From the NCBI GenBank assembly GCA_963675525.2, contig CAXXSL010000016.1, positions 960,001-1,024,000 of the forward strand: a stretch of 64,000 bases of DNA, written 5' to 3'. Below, piece by piece: positions 59,965 through 64,000 of this stretch; the stretch's first letter is position 1, and each line of letters begins with the position of its first letter. A program made the position numbers and the translations under genes. The notes beneath the pieces are model-generated. The model saw only the letters and a program-made list of their open reading frames with translations, was not told where the DNA came from and did no database searches. Origin of the DNA: Anaerohalosphaeraceae bacterium. GTDB lineage: Bacteria > Planctomycetota > Phycisphaerae > Sedimentisphaerales > Anaerohalosphaeraceae.

Positions 59965-61601
59965 TGAATCAGCATGAATTGAAACAACTTTACGATTTAA
60001 TTACGTTTTCTATCGAAGGTGTTATTACGCCGGAACAGTTTGCGGCTTTAAAGGCGATACTCCGCGAAAATCCGGAAGCAGTACAATATTATACTGATTA
60101 TATGTCCATCCTTTCTGATATTCGTTCATCCGATTATTTTTTGGATAACAGCGGTTCTGAGCAGGAATTGTACGATCAACATTTATGGGACAAGTTGTCT
60201 GAGCACGAGAAGACAGCGCCGACCGTTCATACTCCTCAGGAACAACCGCAGAGGGATCTCATTCAAAAGGTAGAACATCCCAGAGTCGATTATAAAGTCA
60301 GCAGGGGGACAATTGTTTCAATTATCAGTGCTGCTGCTGCGGTCGTCTTTATCGTTTTATTTGCTAAGTTTGCTCCGCCGAAGAGCGGGATTGAAGTTGC
60401 AACGTTGACAGACAGTATCAACGCAAAGTGGGCGAATATTGCGACACCCATAGAAAAAGGAACAAGGATAACACAAGGTAACGAACGGTTGCTGCTGAGG
60501 GAAGGGTATGCGGAATTGTTATTTGATACGAATGCTCGGATTGTGGTCGAAGCCCCGGCAGAATTTCAAATACTGGCTGAAGATCGGATTGGACTGACTT
60601 ATGGCAAAGTGTACGCAATGGTTCCGAAAGAAGCCATTGGCTTTTCTGTTTATACACAAAATGCCAAGATTATTGATATGGGGACCGAGTTTGGTGTCGA
60701 AACCGATTTCAGGGGAAATACACATCTGCATGTTCTCAAAGGGAAAACGATGCTGATTGCGGGTCGTCAGTCCGACAAAACAAGCATGGAGGTCACGAAA
60801 GGCGAAGCGAAGAACGTATCGGCGGTTTTCTCAGAAATATCAGATATTCCCTGCGATTCAGATTTGTTCGTACGGAACATTGATTCAAAAGTCGGCCTTG
60901 CCTGGAAAGGTCAGAACCATCTCGATTTGGCGGATATTGTCGGCGGCGGTAACGGATTCGGGACCGGTACGATCGAGAAGGGGATCGATCCGATCACCGG
61001 TAGGCCTTCAAAGGCAGTAACTAATGATAATGGACCGGCCACAAATGAATATCATCCTGTACCGTCTAACCCCTATATTGATGGTGTTTTTATTCCCAAC
61101 GGTCGTACACAACAGATCGTCAGTTCCCAGGGACATATATTCCAGGAGTGTCCGATTTCAAGCGGGGATTGGTATATCAGCTTTGACAATGTAATGAGAC
61201 AGAATCCGACAGGCTCTGATTCCCCATACGTACCCTGTATAACGCAGCATGCTAATATGGGCGTTACGTATGATCTTCAGACAATACGTTCACTTCTTTT
61301 ATCGGAGGTCAATATTGTTCGTTTCCAATCAAAGTGTGGAGTTGGTAAAGAAACTGACCGTCCGTGCAATGCTGATTTCTGGGTACTGGTGGATGGAAAA
61401 GTAAGGTACAAAAAAACACAGGTCAAAGAGAAAAATAAGTTTTTTACTATTGATATTGAGCTTTCAGAAAAGGACCGTTTTCTGACGCTTGTTACGACAG
61501 ATGGACAGGACCCGGAAGATCGGGTATTCGATGGCATAACTGTATCGACGATCGACAGTGATTGGTGCAGATTTGCTGACCCGATTCTGGTTTTGAAATG
61601 A
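59964..61601 (+). CDS. FecR-like anti-sigma factor with C-terminal NPCBM/NEW2-like domain
   Basis: VEAPAEF, IIDMGTEFGV, DLADIVGGGNG.G.G, FWVLVDG...RFLTLVTTDG...DW..FADP.L. Confidence 0.85.
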   Translation: MNQHELKQLYDLITFSIEGVITPEQFAALKAILRENPEAVQYYTDYMSILSDIRSSDYFLDNSGSEQELYDQHLWDKLSEHEKTAPTVHTPQEQPQRDLIQKVEHPRVDYKVSRGTIVSIISAAAAVVFIVLFAKFAPPKSGIEVATLTDSINAKWANIATPIEKGTRITQGNERLLLREGYAELLFDTNARIVVEAPAEFQILAEDRIGLTYGKVYAMVPKEAIGFSVYTQNAKIIDMGTEFGVETDFRGNTHLHVLKGKTMLIAGRQSDKTSMEVTKGEAKNVSAVFSEISDIPCDSDLFVRNIDSKVGLAWKGQNHLDLADIVGGGNGFGTGTIEKGIDPITGRPSKAVTNDNGPATNEYHPVPSNPYIDGVFIPNGRTQQIVSSQGHIFQECPISSGDWYISFDNVMRQNPTGSDSPYVPCITQHANMGVTYDLQTIRSLLLSEVNIVRFQSKCGVGKETDRPCNADFWVLVDGKVRYKKTQVKEKNKFFTIDIELSEKDRFLTLVTTDGQDPEDRVFDGITVSTIDSDWCRFADPILVLK

Positions 61602-61752
61602 GTTAAGAACGTGTGGATGTAAATCTGCCTGTGAAGGCAGTTTGATTGAGTGATGTGAAGTGTGTGCGTTAGGGATGGTAATTGTTGGAAAGGATTCTGT
61701 GAGTGTGTGATGTAAGTTAAATATTCTTAATTATTTTTGGAGGTATGGAAAG

Positions 61753-62424
61753 ATGAAAAGAGTACTGTTTGTGTTAATGTGTGCATGCGCGGCAACAAGT
61801 TTTGGGGATATTATTTATGATAACCCCACCGGAGGCACGATGTGGGCATGGAACTGGGGCGATAATGGGATGACGCATACAGCCACGGAAGTGGATCTTG
61901 GTGGTGGAAACTATGTCGTTCATCATGAAGGCGTGGTTGATAATACCACCGGCGGAGACGTAAACTATCGATTTGGCTCAAAGTGGGACATCACGATGAG
62001 TGGAAACACCAGTGCCGATCCGGCGGATTACACCATCTCGTATGATTTACGAAACGTTTCGGGCAACTGGGATCCTATGCCGTTAGCGCTTGCTGTCGTG
62101 ACAGCCAACCCCGTTGCTGGTACAGACCAGTATGGACATGGTTATGCTGTTGTGAATCTTGTTCAAGCTGACGGTTGGGTCCACGTGGAATTCAATCTGG
62201 CGGATTACGTCAATGACTGGTGGCAGGGTTCCGACTGGGACTTAACAAACGCCACATGGTCGGTTGAGGTTGGTATGCCGTGGCCGGGTATATCGACTCC
62301 CGATGGTACATCGTTTACCCAGGTGTGGGAAATGGATAATCTCCAAATCGATATGGTTCCGGAACCGGCGTCGTTAGTGCTGCTGGGTCTGGGTTCTCTG
62401 GCAATGCTCAGAAAACGTAAATAA
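61753..62424 (+). CDS. PEP-CTERM sorting domain protein
   Basis: Signal peptide; VPEPASLVLLGLGSLAMLRKRK. Confidence 0.9.
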   Translation: MKRVLFVLMCACAATSFGDIIYDNPTGGTMWAWNWGDNGMTHTATEVDLGGGNYVVHHEGVVDNTTGGDVNYRFGSKWDITMSGNTSADPADYTISYDLRNVSGNWDPMPLALAVVTANPVAGTDQYGHGYAVVNLVQADGWVHVEFNLADYVNDWWQGSDWDLTNATWSVEVGMPWPGISTPDGTSFTQVWEMDNLQIDMVPEPASLVLLGLGSLAMLRKRK

Positions 62425-62448
62425 GTTTGGTCGTAACACAGCCGAAAA

Positions 62449-62477
62449 CTGCTGATGGATGTGCAATCCATCAGCAG
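62449..62477 (+). terminator. Stem-loop after PEP-CTERM gene
   Basis: CTGCTGATGGAT / ATCCATCAGCAG perfect 12-bp inverted repeat with outer CAGCCG/CGGCTG; no U-tract. Confidence 0.6.
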
Positions 62478-62574
62478 ACCGGCTGAAAGATGCAGCAATT
62501 AAATAAGAATAAATGGTCTGATGTTTTTGTTTAATAACCCTTTATATTAATATTGTTAGTTTAGGAGACCAAAA

Positions 62575-64000
62575 ATGAGAAGATTAATTTTATTAACAGC
62601 GATACTCGTTGCGATGTGCATCGCGACGAGTCAGGCAGTAGTCATCTATGATGCCCCCAACGGAGGCAGCATCTATGGCTGGAACTGGGGCACCGCTATA
62701 TGCACCAGTGCCGCCGCGGAAGTGGACATCGGGGGTGGAAACATTGTCATTCGGCATACCGGCGTGGTGAGTAATACCACCGGCGCCGCCGCAGACGCCC
62801 GATACGGTTCAAAGTGGGATTTCACAGTAACTGGAAACACCAGTGCCGATCCGGCGGATTACACCGTCTCGTTTGATATTCGCAACGTCTCCGGCGACTG
62901 GGATCCTATCGATGAGGGGGTTGCTATTGTTACACCCAACCCTGCTGTTGGTACGGACCAGTATGGACATGGTTTTCCTGTTGTAAGTGTTGCTCAAGCT
63001 GACGGCTGGGTGCATGTGGAATTTAACCTGGCGGATTTCTCCAATGATTGGTGGCAGGGCCCCAATTGGGATTTATTGCAGTCCACGTGGTCTATGGAGA
63101 TTGGTCAACCATGGCCGGGGACCTCTTTTCCCGATGGGACATCGTTTACCCAGGTGTGGGAAGTGGATAATCTCCAGATTGTCATGGGCGGGACTACAGA
63201 ACCTCACGATCCGAACGAAACGCCGCTAAATCTAGACGAATCAGTTGGAACGCCGATTTCGCAGACGCAGGCACAGGTAACACTTGGCTGGAATGCGGGC
63301 GGGGATCCGAATATTGTGACCGATTACCCGGTGAATCCTGCGATCCTTGGTCATTACATCTATCTGTCACAGGGCATTCCTGCTGATGATCCCAATGTTT
63401 ATATGATTGATTATGTTGCGCAGGTTCATAATGCCGATTCCAACCTGACCGATCCGTATAATGAATATGGGCCGATCACAGTGGATCGAGGTGTTACGTA
63501 CTATTGGCAGATCGAAGAAGCACTGGATGACGGTACAGGGAATCCTTATGGAGACGGTGATCCCAATAATATTATGGGGCAACTCTGGTCTTTCGATGTG
63601 ATTGGCGCTAAGCCCACTATCCTGGCCGGTCCGGAAAATGCTCTTGCTGATTTCAGCGGTAACGCATCGTTTAGCGTCACGGCAGACTCTGCTGCGACTG
63701 ATTACCGATGGTTCAAGGTTGGCACTCCGGATGTTCAGTTAAGTGATGGTGGCATTTACTCCGGAACCACAACAAATACGCTGGTTATCACCGGCTGTAC
63801 AGTTGCTGATGAAGGTCTGTACTACTGCATTGCCTACAACGGTGATCCGGAAGCAGGAGGTCTTGCTTCGAATCCATCTAACTCGGCAATATTATGGTAT
63901 CCGCGTCTGGTAAGCTACTATCCGTTTGAGACCGAAACCGCCGGAGTTACTCCAGACATTGTCAGCGGTTTTGATGCAGTACTGTCACAAGAAGCAGCCT
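62575..64000 (+). CDS. Partial large secreted protein: PEP-CTERM-paralogous N-domain, Ig-like domain, probable start of a LamG-like domain
   Basis: MRRLILLTAILVAMCIATSQA...; frame spot-checked to the window end; DEGLYYCIAYN; RLVSYYPFE. Confidence 0.8.
   Translation, partial: MRRLILLTAILVAMCIATSQAVVIYDAPNGGSIYGWNWGTAICTSAAAEVDIGGGNIVIRHTGVVSNTTGAAADARYGSKWDFTVTGNTSADPADYTVSFDIRNVSGDWDPIDEGVAIVTPNPAVGTDQYGHGFPVVSVAQADGWVHVEFNLADFSNDWWQGPNWDLLQSTWSMEIGQPWPGTSFPDGTSFTQVWEVDNLQIVMGGTTEPHDPNETPLNLDESVGTPISQTQAQVTLGWNAGGDPNIVTDYPVNPAILGHYIYLSQGIPADDPNVYMIDYVAQVHNADSNLTDPYNEYGPITVDRGVTYYWQIEEALDDGTGNPYGDGDPNNIMGQLWSFDVIGAKPTILAGPENALADFSGNASFSVTADSAATDYRWFKVGTPDVQLSDGGIYSGTTTNTLVITGCTVADEGLYYCIAYNGDPEAGGLASNPSNSAILWYPRLVSYYPFETETAGVTPDIVSGFDAVLSQEAA

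Overview
Accessory, island-rich region of what is most likely a planctomycete chromosome (Phycisphaerae/Sedimentisphaerales-like; inferred from ECF-sigma/FecR/PEP-CTERM/prepilin clusters and dockerin-like C-termini). Left to right: (1) a frameshifted TPR gene; (2) an ~11 kb integrase-bounded element (~3.8-14.4 kb) with archaeal-style expression signals (BRE-TATA boxes, leaderless ORFs, GAGGTGA SD, oligo-T terminators), a leading-region-like string of small genes (incl. DUF2958), repeated TATA-containing hairpins, an array of mini-hairpins, and a wHTH / coiled-coil / HerA-type ATPase-nuclease module; (3) a second tyrosine integrase split in codon 5 by a group II intron (14646-16633); (4) a pectin-utilisation cluster (ECF sigma, FecR, PEP-CTERM, prepilin, CE8, PL1, GH3) with shared, shuffled domains; (5) a second, intact group II intron (32107-34095, minus strand); (6) a secretin-less T2SS/type IV pilus operon bracketed by a response regulator and a histidine kinase; (7) a third integrase, a PQQ-propeller gene between transposase-start remnants, and a NERD gene resembling a solitary integron cassette; (8) GH3/GH2/GH29/GH141-like genes; (9) a 3' tRNA-Gly fragment; (10) a second ECF/FecR/PEP-CTERM cluster running off the end. 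Many single-base frameshifts are present and may be long-read errors. All calls were made by eye, with no database searches.
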